Notes: a model not told the origin generated them from the letters alone. 32,000 nucleotides of DNA from Nitrosarchaeum sp. (GCA_023265135.1 JAHFUM010000004.1:53036-85035); one strand, 5' to 3'. Shown: positions 1 to 9,149, numbered from the stretch's first letter. A program made the numbers and translations.

Positions 1-186
1 CCATATGACGATCAAAAAAAATACAGCATCACGATTCATCCATCAAAACAACAATCATCAGCAGATGTTGCATCAATTTGTATCACAAATTGCTGATCGC
101 AAAAAAATTATTGTCAAATTTTACTTGCATTGAGGCAACTATGTGTGACTTTAACCATATAACCGCTATGAGTAAAGTAAACAGGC

Positions 187-498
187 ATGGCAATATCTAG
201 AGCCAGAAGAGCAGAAGCAGCTAAAAAAGCCGCACGAACAAGAAAAAGGAATTTGGCAAAATTAGCAGCTGATGCAGCTAAGATGGCAGCAAGAAGAAAA
301 CGAAGTCGGGCCGCAAAAAGAGCCGCTGCAACTCGCAAGAGAGCAGTAGCAAGACCAGCTTCTAGAAGACCAGTAAGACGAGCTGTGGTAAGAAAAGCAG
401 TAAGACGAGCTGTGGTAAGAAAAGCAGTAAGACGAGCTGTGGTAAGAAAAGCAGTAAGACGAGCTGTGGTAAGAAAAGCAGTAAGACGTAGACGTTAG
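187..498 (+). CDS. Hyper-basic Ala/Arg/Lys-rich repeat protein (histone-H1/AlgP-like nucleic-acid-binding candidate)
   Basis: ATG-started 103-codon ORF covering a locally G+C-elevated patch. 44 of 103 residues are Arg/Lys and only 2 are acidic. The C-terminus is VRRAVVRKA x4, encoded by perfect 27-bp repeats. A T-rich tract follows the stop. No enzymatic motif. Confidence 0.65.
   Translation: MAISRARRAEAAKKAARTRKRNLAKLAADAAKMAARRKRSRAAKRAAATRKRAVARPASRRPVRRAVVRKAVRRAVVRKAVRRAVVRKAVRRAVVRKAVRRRR
373..488 (+). repeat. Tandem repeat: four perfect copies of a 27-bp unit (gtaagacgagctgtggtaagaaaagca) plus an 8-bp partial copy, in frame inside the basic-protein ORF
   Basis: Read directly from the sequence: units at 373-399, 400-426, 427-453 and 454-480, with a partial copy at 481-488. 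Confidence 0.95.
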
Positions 499-568
499 AC
501 TGCTTTTAACATCTTTTTTCTATTTTATTTCAAAATGTTTCTTTACTCGAATTTAGAAACATTATCAA

Positions 569-997
569 CTAGTCATTGCTCGGTGTCAATTCAGGCATGA
601 CAAAAATATGTTCTGGTTTTATTTTGAGAATAATTCTTTTCTCGTTTTCTCTTTTGAATGGATAATGTTTTTGTCCCATGTATTGCTGTGTTAATTTATC
701 TGCATGTGAATAATCATAATCAGGAATTATCTCCTCAACTTTTCCCCTAATTGTAGTCATGTCAAGTGGATTAGAATTTGATACGACAGATATTGCAACA
801 CGCGGATCACGCAAAACGTTTTTGTGTTTGATTCTACCCTCTGCAGTATTTACCAAGATGTATCCTGAATCATAATTTGCCCATACTGGTGAAAGTTGTG
901 GAGAACCGTCCTTCATCATAGTTGCAATAAAAACAATGTTTTTTTGCAGAAATAATTTTTTTGTCTTTTCTTCCACAGTTATCACGTTTTCAGACAT
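569..997 (-). CDS. Pyridoxamine 5'-phosphate oxidase-family (split beta-barrel FMN/F420-binding) protein
   Basis: 142 aa. The N-terminal pattern (IVFIATMMKDGSPQLSPVW...ILVNT...RIKHKNVLRDPRVAISV) is typical of PPOX-class flavin-binding proteins. Confidence 0.75.
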   Translation of the reverse strand: MSENVITVEEKTKKLFLQKNIVFIATMMKDGSPQLSPVWANYDSGYILVNTAEGRIKHKNVLRDPRVAISVVSNSNPLDMTTIRGKVEEIIPDYDYSHADKLTQQYMGQKHYPFKRENEKRIILKIKPEHIFVMPELTPSND

Positions 998-1065
998 TCA
1001 TGCCAAGTCATTTTCATTTTTTCTTTCATTTTTTTATATGAAAAAGATCAAGTATTCGGATCTAG

Positions 1066-1578
1066 TCATGCCTTGCTTGAATTCTCCATGATATTTGTCA
1101 TTGCGCGATTCATAATTTCCATCACCAAGTATTGTGAATAGCCTTCAGAGTTGTTTCCTTTGGTTTTTTTGGATTTTATAGTCTTTGGAGTGATGCTTCT
1201 TAGAATCTTTTCAATTTTTACAGATGTGCTGTCAATTACTTTGGAGTATTTTAATTCAAAATCAGCAGGGGCAGCATAGCCAAGTAATTTTGTAGATGTG
1301 CTGTAAAATTTAGTGATGGCTCCACGTGATTCTTCAATTTTGGCAATTTCAATCAAACCAGATTCCTTTAAAATATCCAGATGATGTCTAACAGTAGTTA
1401 GTGCTTTTTTGTATCCTGTCTTTTTTAGCTCATTTGAAATTTGGTCAGCAGATAATGCCCGGTGATATAGAATTTCAATAATTTTTGCACGTGCAGGGTC
1501 TTCAATTGCACGTGCATGCTTTACGCTTGTAGTGAGTATTCGATTTACCTTGATTTCTTTTTCCAGTAATGTGGACAT
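1066..1578 (-). CDS. ArsR-family winged-helix transcriptional regulator with C-terminal extension
   Basis: ARAKIIEILYHRALSADQISNELKK...TTVRHHLDILKESGLIEI matches the ArsR/SmtB HTH core. ATG start. Confidence 0.8.
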   Translation of the reverse strand: MSTLLEKEIKVNRILTTSVKHARAIEDPARAKIIEILYHRALSADQISNELKKTGYKKALTTVRHHLDILKESGLIEIAKIEESRGAITKFYSTSTKLLGYAAPADFELKYSKVIDSTSVKIEKILRSITPKTIKSKKTKGNNSEGYSQYLVMEIMNRAMTNIMENSSKA

Positions 1579-1942
1579 GCTGATGAGTGCTTTAATTCTG
1601 ATCTAAAAGATCCTCGTATCATATTTTTTTGTCTAATCGCATCAATTTTTTTTTGTTACTATAATATTGAGATGGGTATCAAAATAACATATACCGCTAT
1701 CATTAATATTATAACATAAAGATAATTATCATTAGTACTATCATAACTATACTATCGGTATAATAATTATAGTAGTGCTACAAGAAAATATAAAAAAATA
1801 AAAAATGAAAAAACACTGTTACCATATAGGAGCAAATGATGCAATATTGGATGTTGGAAAATAGTTCAAAGTAAAATTCGAGTTGAAAGTTATCTTTGTG
1901 TGTGTAGAATCTCGATCAAATGAATTTTAAAAAATATTACAA

Positions 1943-2767
1943 CTACAAAATGTGTCCAGTTAGTTTTTCATATGCAATGACATATCGGTTTGTCATCTTT
2001 TGAATTATTTCTGATGGAATTGCTGGTGCTACGGGTTCTTTTCCTGCATCTCGTGCATCATCGAATTGTTTTTGATAACCATGTTCAGTTAACCAATCGC
2101 GCAGAATCTGTTTATCATATGCCTCTTGTGTCTTGCCAACCTTGTACAAATCCTTTGGCCACAGTCTGTATTCATCAGGGCCAATTGAATCACCCAGTGT
2201 TATTTTTCCATTTAAAATTCCAAATTCAAGTTTTAGATCAGCCAAAATGAATCCAGCTTTTTCTACAATTTTAGACATGACATTGTAAATTTCTATTGAC
2301 GTTTTTTCAAGCCACGTGTACTGCTCTTCAGTAACTAGATTCATCTTCAGTGCTTTATGTTTGTCAATTGGGATGTCATGCTCTGATTTTGTGGTAGGAT
2401 CAAATATGGGCTCTAATAGTTTTGCAGCAAGTGTGGTATCTGTGCCTTTAGGTAGAGTCACTTCTCCCTTTTTCCATCTGCTTATAAGACTGCCATAAAA
2501 GTAACCTCTAACAACGCACTCTATTGGGAGCATCTTCATTTTTTTGACTATAATTTCAGTATCTGATTGTCTTTTTACAAAATGATTAGGAACCGGAAGT
2601 TCGTTAAACCAAAATTCTGCAAACTTGCATAGAACCTTGCCTTTTTGGGGAATGTCTTCTTTGAATTTGACATCATATGCAGAAACGCGGTTAGAGAATT
2701 TGAAGAGAATTGCACCATCATTAAGATCATAAATATCCTTGACTTTACCAGACGTAATGAATTTCAA
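1943..2767 (-). CDS. purC: Phosphoribosylaminoimidazole-succinocarboxamide (SAICAR) synthase
   Basis: GKVKDIY N-terminal motif, [10 protein letters not shown] motif and a 274-aa length. The start is TTG at 2767, with an in-frame TGA immediately upstream. Confidence 0.95.
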   Translation of the reverse strand: MKFITSGKVKDIYDLNDGAILFKFSNRVSAYDVKFKEDIPQKGKVLCKFAEFWFNELPVPNHFVKRQSDTEIIVKKMKMLPIECVVRGYFYGSLISRWKKGEVTLPKGTDTTLAAKLLEPIFDPTTKSEHDIPIDKHKALKMNLVTEEQYTWLEKTSIEIYNVMSKIVEKAGFILADLKLEFGILNGKITLGDSIGPDEYRLWPKDLYKVGKTQEAYDKQILRDWLTEHGYQKQFDDARDAGKEPVAPAIPSEIIQKMTNRYVIAYEKLTGHIL

Positions 2768-2808
2768 TCATTACAGAATGTAGAGTACTCCCAATTATAG
2801 GATATGTT

Positions 2809-3645
2809 CTAATTTATCCTGTAAAAGCGGGATTTTTTTGATATTGCCAGAAATGAGATAATAGAGAACACCAGTGTTATAATTGCCAGTTGACCAAATT
2901 CTGGAATAATAGTGAACATGATCATTTGCCCCTTGGGCCCTACCCATTGAACGGGGATTTGAGGATCTCCCAGTCCATTGATATTGACTCTCATCTCCAC
3001 AGGTTCACTAGATGCCAATGGTCTGGTAGTAATTGAATACAGCCCATCTTTGCTAAAGTCATCTTTTTTAGAAAAGATGGTTTTATTTTGCTGAATTATC
3101 TCAATGTCAAAATTAACATCAGTCACTAGATTGCCATTTTTGTTGAGAAATGAAAGATTGATTTTTAGTTGCTTGTTTTGCTGTGGTGTGTCTGTGACTG
3201 CCTTGAGAGATAGGGTTTCATCCAGAGTCGAACCATAAATTATGGTAGCATTTTGATTTCTTGCCGCGGGAGTAGGGTCAATCACACCCGTCTTTGATTC
3301 AGAGGAACTTTCAGCAATCTCCAATTGTGAATAGTATCTGCTTTTTTCAATTAATTTTTCAACTCTGTCAGTACCCGTATAGTTCCACAAACTGTCATTG
3401 TACAAGCTTGCACAGACTCGTGACTCTATTGAATATTTGTGATGCTCAAAAAATTTATCGCCTAAAATATTATACAATGAAAGATTTTCTTCACACCATT
3501 CTATTCCATTTGGTGTAAATGCATTATTTTCATAAAAAGGAGTGCCAAAAGCAACGCCACTACCAACCAGACACAAAATTAGAGATATTCCAACCAGCAA
3601 TAAAATTTTTGAGTTACACATAAAATTAATCACAAAAATTATCAT
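2809..3645 (-). CDS. Secreted protein with signal peptide and PEFG-CTERM (archaeosortase-type) C-terminal anchor
   Basis: Hydrophobic N-terminus (KILLLVGISLILCLVGSGVAFG). The C-terminus is IIPEFGQLAIITLVFSIISFLAISKKSR: a PEFG motif, a TM helix and a basic tail. Confidence 0.75.
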   Translation of the reverse strand: MIIFVINFMCNSKILLLVGISLILCLVGSGVAFGTPFYENNAFTPNGIEWCEENLSLYNILGDKFFEHHKYSIESRVCASLYNDSLWNYTGTDRVEKLIEKSRYYSQLEIAESSSESKTGVIDPTPAARNQNATIIYGSTLDETLSLKAVTDTPQQNKQLKINLSFLNKNGNLVTDVNFDIEIIQQNKTIFSKKDDFSKDGLYSITTRPLASSEPVEMRVNINGLGDPQIPVQWVGPKGQMIMFTIIPEFGQLAIITLVFSIISFLAISKKSRFYRIN

Positions 3646-3672
3646 TAATGCCTTACTACTTATTATCTAGTT

Positions 3673-4059
3673 TTAAGAGCCCATCATGCCGACCATCTTT
3701 GGCATTTCTCTATAGGCTTTATTTACAAAAATATCATGGTCTGCATTAATCATCACAAATTCCATTGGATTATCAGAGGGTGGAGACAATATGATCTTTT
3801 GGCCTGATTTGAGAGTTTTAATATCCAGTATGTCACCTGCACCAAAATTCACATGCAGGTTTGTTAGTGGTTGAGAACCAGTATTTTGAATTGTGACTCT
3901 GCCAGTTACAAAGAGGTTTTGCTTGTCAATTATAGGATCCACAAAAATATCATACTCCTGGGTGGATATGGACAGTTTCATTACATCCAGACCAAAAATC
4001 AGAGCCATTACTGCAACTACTCCCACAATGATGGTAACAATAATGGTGTATTGTTTCAC
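3673..4059 (-). CDS. N-terminally membrane-anchored extracytoplasmic protein with Met-rich C-terminal tail
   Basis: One N-terminal TM helix (IIVTIIVGVVAVMALIFGL), a beta-rich body and a C-terminal EMPKMVGMMGS. Co-directional, 27 bp and 49 bp from its neighbours. Confidence 0.6.
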   Translation of the reverse strand: MKQYTIIVTIIVGVVAVMALIFGLDVMKLSISTQEYDIFVDPIIDKQNLFVTGRVTIQNTGSQPLTNLHVNFGAGDILDIKTLKSGQKIILSPPSDNPMEFVMINADHDIFVNKAYREMPKMVGMMGS

Positions 4060-4108
4060 TGAAACAAGTTACTTTTTCTAATAATTAAGATTACAGATAC
4101 TCAAATCA

Positions 4109-4555
4109 TCAAGGATTCATCATTGCGGTGTTCATCCCAGTCATGTTTTGCATCATTTGGTTTTGAGTCATGTTACTTTGTATCATTTGTCTCATTTGTT
4201 GTATCATCTCTGGATTCTCACTCATGTGGCCTAGCATTTGCACTCGAATATTAGGATCATTCATCATGGGCATTAACATTTGCTGCATAAAATCATGATT
4301 GTTTCTCATAAGATCAATCATCTGGCTTACATGCTGTGGATTCTGCATCCATCTATTCATTGCATCGGTATTGCTCATCATGCTTTGTTGCAATTGTGCC
4401 ATTTGTTGAGGATTATTCATCATTTGTTGCATCTGTTGCGGAGTCATCATTGCAAAATTTGGTTGATTGTAAGAGTAGAATGCCGCATAGCCTATCCCTA
4501 GTCCGACAAGAAATACCCCCACCACAATTCCGACAAATATGACTTTACTTACCAT
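4109..4555 (-). CDS. Membrane-anchored Met/Gln-rich low-complexity protein (candidate Cu(I)-binding or chaperone-like envelope protein)
   Basis: 35-aa N-terminal TM anchor followed by 113 residues containing 29 Met and 22 Gln. Recurrent M-x-NP-x-x-M units (MMNNPQQM, WMQNPQHV, MMNDPNIRVQM, MSENPEMIQQM). Confidence 0.7.
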   Translation of the reverse strand: MVSKVIFVGIVVGVFLVGLGIGYAAFYSYNQPNFAMMTPQQMQQMMNNPQQMAQLQQSMMSNTDAMNRWMQNPQHVSQMIDLMRNNHDFMQQMLMPMMNDPNIRVQMLGHMSENPEMIQQMRQMIQSNMTQNQMMQNMTGMNTAMMNP

Positions 4556-4633
4556 GCTAATTTTAATTTCATATCACATATAATAGCATATATGATTTTC
4601 AACTGATTATTTATAATAAAAATTTACAATAAA

Positions 4634-4879
4634 TTATTTTTTGTTCTGCTCTGGAATAACAGACAAGGTAGTAGTAGACAGAACGTATTTTATCTTTCTT
4701 ATCTGTTTTGTAATGGTATCTTCTACCTCTTTTGAGGTCTTTGCCTCTACTTTGACAAAAATGTCATAAACGCCAAATGTTCCCTTTGCTTCTTTTACAT
4801 TGTCAATTTTTAAAACATCTCCCATTACATCCATTTCATGAGCCATTTCACTTTTGACTAGAACATATGCAGTCTCCAT
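4634..4879 (-). CDS. Stand-alone Lrp/AsnC-type ligand-binding (RAM) domain protein
   Basis: 81 aa with a beta-alpha-beta-beta-alpha-beta-like pattern (AYVLVK...VKEAKGTFGVYDIFVKVEA...EDTITKQIRKI) and no HTH. The ATG lies 1 bp after the purF stop. Confidence 0.65.
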   Translation of the reverse strand: METAYVLVKSEMAHEMDVMGDVLKIDNVKEAKGTFGVYDIFVKVEAKTSKEVEDTITKQIRKIKYVLSTTTLSVIPEQNKK

Positions 4880-4880
4880 A

Positions 4881-6314
4881 TTACTCGCCTTTCATCTCTA
4901 ATCTGGTTTTAAACTCTGGCGTAATTCCTAAGGAATCATAATTTCCAGACGAACAAGTAAAACACATTGAATCTTTTGGAATGCCCACAGCTGCTGCAAG
5001 GTTTTCAGCATCATTGTACCCCAAAAAGTCTGCCCCGATGCTCTTTCGGACCATCTCAGTCAATTCCTCTTCATTCATGATATGACCATCTGAGAATGTT
5101 GCAAGTTCCTCCTGGGATGGAAAATCAATTCCGGCATAGCATGGGAATTTGATCGGCGGATATGTAATTACCATGCTGATTTTTTTAGCACCTGCTCTTC
5201 GCAAAGCTTGGATGATTGCCTTTGAGCTAGTACCGCGAACTAAACTATCATCAATTACGACAACATGTTTTCCTTCAATGATTTCTTTGATTGGGATTAT
5301 CCAGCGATTGATTTCAATTCTGTCACTTTGGTGAGGTTCAATGAAACTTCGCAATGGTCCTTTCTTGCTGTATCTGTCTTTGAGTAATCCCTCATCAAAC
5401 ATAAGACCAAGCTCTTGTGCATAACCTAGTGCTGCAGGTCTTGCAGAATCTGGAACAGGTATTACAAGATCTGCATCTCGAATAGGGAATTTTTTTGCCA
5501 AAAATTGTCCAATTTTTTTTCTAGAAATGTAGATGTTTGCACCTTCCATGTTGCTTGATGGATGTGCAAAATAAGTAAATTCAAAAGAGCAATGAGCTCG
5601 TGTTGTATCATCGGAGAATCTCTCTGTCTCCAATCCATTTTTGCTGAGTTTGATTAGTTCACCAGGTTTTACATCTCTTTGAAGTTTTGCGCCAACTGCA
5701 GAGACTGCAGATGATTCTGATGCAACAATGTATGTGTCATCAGATTCTTTGTAACCCAATACCATAGGTCGAAATCCCTTTGGGTCCCTGGCAGCATACA
5801 CAGAATTATCATCAGAGATAAATGTAAAACAGTAAGAGCCAATCATCTCATTTTTTAAAATTGCAAGTGCTTTTCCCATTTGACCATTTTCAGAGATTAA
5901 TGAGACTAGTCTTTGCGCAGCAACCAATGTATCACTTGCATTTTGAGGAGTAAATGAGCATCCTCCAACTAAATTGGATAGTTCTTGAACATTTGCTATT
6001 GTCCCATTATGAGCAATGCAAAGGTCTTTGACTTTGAGTGGCTGGGCATTTTCAAGTGTGCTTCTTCCCATGGTAGAATATCTCACGTGTCCAATTACTG
6101 CTGGAGAAGAGTAATCCTCACAAATTTTCTTAAATTCTGATGAAGCACCAGATACCAGACCCAATCTTTTTAGTGGTTCTTTGTTGGGTATAGCAATTCC
6201 CCATGCTTCTTGACCTCTATGTTGTAAAGCTCTTAGTGCATCAATTGCCATTGGGATGACATTAGTTCCACTGAGACTGAAAATTCCAACTACACCACAA
6301 TTTTCTTTAACCAT
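4881..6314 (-). CDS. purF: Amidophosphoribosyltransferase (glutamine PRPP amidotransferase)
   Basis: CGVVGI catalytic N-terminal Cys after a short propeptide. PRPP loop VVVIDDSLVRGTS. C-terminal Cys cluster (CFTCSSG). The track start at 6320 is TTG, so the ATG at 6314 is preferred. Confidence 0.95.
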   Translation of the reverse strand: MVKENCGVVGIFSLSGTNVIPMAIDALRALQHRGQEAWGIAIPNKEPLKRLGLVSGASSEFKKICEDYSSPAVIGHVRYSTMGRSTLENAQPLKVKDLCIAHNGTIANVQELSNLVGGCSFTPQNASDTLVAAQRLVSLISENGQMGKALAILKNEMIGSYCFTFISDDNSVYAARDPKGFRPMVLGYKESDDTYIVASESSAVSAVGAKLQRDVKPGELIKLSKNGLETERFSDDTTRAHCSFEFTYFAHPSSNMEGANIYISRKKIGQFLAKKFPIRDADLVIPVPDSARPAALGYAQELGLMFDEGLLKDRYSKKGPLRSFIEPHQSDRIEINRWIIPIKEIIEGKHVVVIDDSLVRGTSSKAIIQALRRAGAKKISMVITYPPIKFPCYAGIDFPSQEELATFSDGHIMNEEELTEMVRKSIGADFLGYNDAENLAAAVGIPKDSMCFTCSSGNYDSLGITPEFKTRLEMKGE

Positions 6315-8472
6315 GTACAACCAACTCCCTTAACGAATTAGACCAAGTTTTTTGTGCCTTATCAACTCTTAGATCAATGATAGATTTTCTATCCAAATTG
6401 AATCGGATATTTTCATCTCCAAATACTCCAATCATGTGGTATGAAACATGACTCTTTTTGAGAATCTCTTCTAGTTTTTTGAGATTTTTCTTTTGTAAAA
6501 CCAAAAGATATCTTGAATGGCTCTCTGAAAACAAAATTCTGTCTGCATCTAATTTTGGTCCAGGTACTTTGTCTAGTGAGACTGTGCATCCTATTTGATG
6601 AGTCATACAAATTTCAGACACTGCAACTCCTAGACCTCCCTTAGAGCAGTCATGTACCGCTTTGAGAAGATTCTTTTTAATCACATTCAACACTGTGTTC
6701 ATGTTAGCTTTTGATTCTTCAAAATTAACAACGGGGCATATTCCTCCAATAAACTTGTGAATGTATTCAAAGTATTCAGAGCCACCCATCTCATTTTTTG
6801 TATTTCCAATAATTACAAGACAATCTCCACTTGCAATCTTCTGAGGATAGAGAGGTGTTTTGTCAATTAATCCCAAAATTCCAATGATTGGAGTAGGCTT
6901 TATTGGACCAGACGGAGTTTCATTGTACAAACTGACCTTTCCACCAACACATGGAATTTCAAAATATTTTGCAAAGTCAGTTAGTCCCTTTAATGATTCT
7001 AAAAATGTCCAAAAGATTTCAGGATCTTCAGGATTTCCAAATTGTAAATGATCAAGCATTCCAATTGGGGTAGCCCCAGTACAGACAACATTTCTGCATG
7101 CCTCCTCAAAGCAGCCTATTGCTCCTTCTCTTGGATTGATGTAGCAGTGCTTTGGATTACCGTCTATTTTGGCTGCTAAAAATTTACCGTTGTCTAGTCG
7201 AAGTACAGATGCATCTGTGCCAGGTTTTACCACGGTTCTAATTCCTACTTCATGATCATATTGTCCGTACACCCAAATTTTGCTTGCAATGTTTGGTGAT
7301 GAGAGAAACATCATCATCATTTTTGAATAATCTGTAATTGGTGCTAGTTTCTTTTCATCTTCTATTTTTTCCAGGTATGCTGGTTTTTTGGAAGGTCTGT
7401 CCAACAGAGTAGCATTTGCAACAAGATCTGTTGGAAGATTGGCGCATGTCTTTTTTCCTTTTTTTACATGCATCATATTACCACTAGTCACTTTGCCAAT
7501 TACAGAGCAAGTTATGTGAAATTTTTTGCAAATCTCTTGTATTTTTTTAAATTTGTCATTGTCTGTAACTATGAGCATTCTCTCCTGGGATTCAGATACC
7601 ATAATTTCATCTGGATTCATATCTGATTCGCGGGTGTGAACTTTGTTTACATCCATCTCAATTCCTATGGATAGTGCATCCGCAGTTTCAGATACGGCAC
7701 AAGATAGTCCACCGCCGCCAAGGTCTTTCATTGCATGAATGAGGTTTTGATTTCTAGCTTCCAGTATTGCCTCTATGATTAATTTTTCAATAAACGGGTC
7801 TGGGATTTGCACTGCAGATCTGTTTTCAGATTCCAAAGAATCAGAAGCAAATTGGGAGCCACCAATTCCATCTCTTCCAGTAGAGCCTCCAAGTAGTACA
7901 ACAAGGTCACCTTTTTTGGCATGATTTTTTATTAGATTTTTTTTCTTTCCAAATCCAATTGCTGCAACATCAACTAGAGCATAATTAGAATAACATTCAT
8001 CAAATTCAACTTCGCCACCAATTGTAGGAATTCCCAGGCAATTTCCATAATCTGCAATTCCAGTAACTGCATTTTTAAAAAGCCATCTTGCTTGTTGGTC
8101 TTTTTCAATATCTCCAAATCTCAGTCCATCAAAGATTGCAATGGGTCTTGTTCCAGCTGAAAGAATATCTCGGATTACTCCACCAACACCAGTTGCTGCA
8201 CCACCGTATGGCTCTACTGCTGATGGATGATTGTGACTTTCAATGTGAGCAGTTATGACATAGCCATCACCAACATCTAAAACTCCAGAATCGTATCCTT
8301 TCTCAGATATTACCAATGGCCCTTTCATTGGCAACATTTTGAGATGCTTCTTTGATGATTTGTATGAGCAATGCTCAGACCATTCTGCAGCTACAATTTG
8401 TAATTCAGTCGACGTGGGTTTTCTTCCGATTTTTGATGTGAGTTCATCTAGTTCCTGTGGCTCTAGACTCAA
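6307..8472 (-). CDS. purL: Phosphoribosylformylglycinamidine synthase II (FGAM synthase, large subunit)
   Basis: WSEHCSYKSSK and ESHNHPSAVEPYGGAATGVGGVIRD motifs, 721 aa. The TTG start overlaps the purQ stop (TTGA). Confidence 0.95.
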   Translation of the reverse strand: MSLEPQELDELTSKIGRKPTSTELQIVAAEWSEHCSYKSSKKHLKMLPMKGPLVISEKGYDSGVLDVGDGYVITAHIESHNHPSAVEPYGGAATGVGGVIRDILSAGTRPIAIFDGLRFGDIEKDQQARWLFKNAVTGIADYGNCLGIPTIGGEVEFDECYSNYALVDVAAIGFGKKKNLIKNHAKKGDLVVLLGGSTGRDGIGGSQFASDSLESENRSAVQIPDPFIEKLIIEAILEARNQNLIHAMKDLGGGGLSCAVSETADALSIGIEMDVNKVHTRESDMNPDEIMVSESQERMLIVTDNDKFKKIQEICKKFHITCSVIGKVTSGNMMHVKKGKKTCANLPTDLVANATLLDRPSKKPAYLEKIEDEKKLAPITDYSKMMMMFLSSPNIASKIWVYGQYDHEVGIRTVVKPGTDASVLRLDNGKFLAAKIDGNPKHCYINPREGAIGCFEEACRNVVCTGATPIGMLDHLQFGNPEDPEIFWTFLESLKGLTDFAKYFEIPCVGGKVSLYNETPSGPIKPTPIIGILGLIDKTPLYPQKIASGDCLVIIGNTKNEMGGSEYFEYIHKFIGGICPVVNFEESKANMNTVLNVIKKNLLKAVHDCSKGGLGVAVSEICMTHQIGCTVSLDKVPGPKLDADRILFSESHSRYLLVLQKKNLKKLEEILKKSHVSYHMIGVFGDENIRFNLDRKSIIDLRVDKAQKTWSNSLRELVVHG

Positions 8473-9149
8473 TTTTTAACACCGATTGTTTTAATCAGAG
8501 ACTCAAAAATTAGAGAAGACGGTTTATTGTCAATTGGATTAATTGCAGATTCAGTTGCTCGCTCAGGATGCGGCATCATGCCAACAACATTACCGTCTTC
8601 ATTGCAGACTCCGGCGATTCTATCTGTAGAGCCATTTACTACTTCGCTGTATCTAAATACAATTTGATTATTTTTCTTTAATTTTTTTAGAGTCAGTTCA
8701 TCGACATAATATCGTCCCTCACCATTTGCAATTGGAATTGGAATTTTTTGATGCAGTTTTAATTTATTTGTAAATGGAGTCTTGTTATTTTCAACTATTA
8801 GACTAGTCCACCTGCACATAAAATTAAGAGATGTATTTTTGAGTAACGCACCGGGCAATAATCCAGCCTCCACAAGAATTTGAAATCCATTGCATACACC
8901 CAAAATAGGAATTCCTTTTTCTGCCATCTTTCTAACATCGTTAATTATTGGGCTGTGCGCTGCAATTGCCCCTGACCTGAGTCTATCTCCATAAGAAAAT
9001 CCTCCTGGAAGAATTACAGCATCAATATTTTTTGGCAAACCTTTTTCATGCCAAAAATACTCTGCATCAAGTTTGAAAACATCAGTCAATACATGGTACA
9101 TGTCTCGATCGCAGTTACTACCTGGAAAAACTATAACGCCTACCTTCAC
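8469..9149 (-). CDS. purQ: Phosphoribosylformylglycinamidine synthase I (glutaminase subunit)
   Basis: Class-I amidotransferase triad context GVCNGFQIL ... MMPHPER. 226 aa. GTG start. Confidence 0.95.
   Translation of the reverse strand: MKVGVIVFPGSNCDRDMYHVLTDVFKLDAEYFWHEKGLPKNIDAVILPGGFSYGDRLRSGAIAAHSPIINDVRKMAEKGIPILGVCNGFQILVEAGLLPGALLKNTSLNFMCRWTSLIVENNKTPFTNKLKLHQKIPIPIANGEGRYYVDELTLKKLKKNNQIVFRYSEVVNGSTDRIAGVCNEDGNVVGMMPHPERATESAINPIDNKPSSLIFESLIKTIGVKN

Noticed and set aside
1-96. Open plus-strand frame from the window edge (PYDDQKKYSITIHPSKQQSSADVASICITNC, stop at 94-96), possibly the 3-prime end of a gene
   Set aside because: It has only 31 codons and no recognisable motif. An open frame of this length has an appreciable chance of occurring randomly, so it cannot be supported.
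114-338. 74-aa minus-strand ORF antisense to the basic-protein gene
   Set aside because: It is the mirror image of an Ala/Arg-codon-rich sequence, so it reads as an A/L/F-rich product. It covers only part of the G+C-rich patch and excludes the repeats. The plus-strand ORF spans the whole patch, with an ATG, an upstream TATA-like element and a downstream T-tract.
373-488. Tandem 27-bp repeats considered as a CRISPR-like array
   Set aside because: The repeats are directly adjacent with no spacers. They are in frame within a coding ORF, and no cas genes are nearby.
1581-1601. TGATGA followed 11 nt later by CTGA, considered as a C/D-box sRNA
   Set aside because: It has only one C/D pair, no C-prime/D-prime boxes and no terminal stem. 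It also directly abuts the ArsR start codon, so it is most likely chance.
1691-1780. AT-rich clutter of short palindromes (tagtacta; ataccg...cggtat) in the 364-bp spacer upstream of the ArsR gene
   Set aside because: The elements are short and imperfect in very AT-rich DNA, so they cannot be distinguished from chance without comparative data.
1990-2498. Plus-strand ORFs (86 aa and 60 aa) inside purC
   Set aside because: They are antisense to a confidently identified conserved gene, and their products are low-complexity with no motifs.
6413-6610. 65-aa minus-strand ORF in an alternative frame within purL
   Set aside because: It is embedded out of frame in a strongly supported gene and has no independent evidence.
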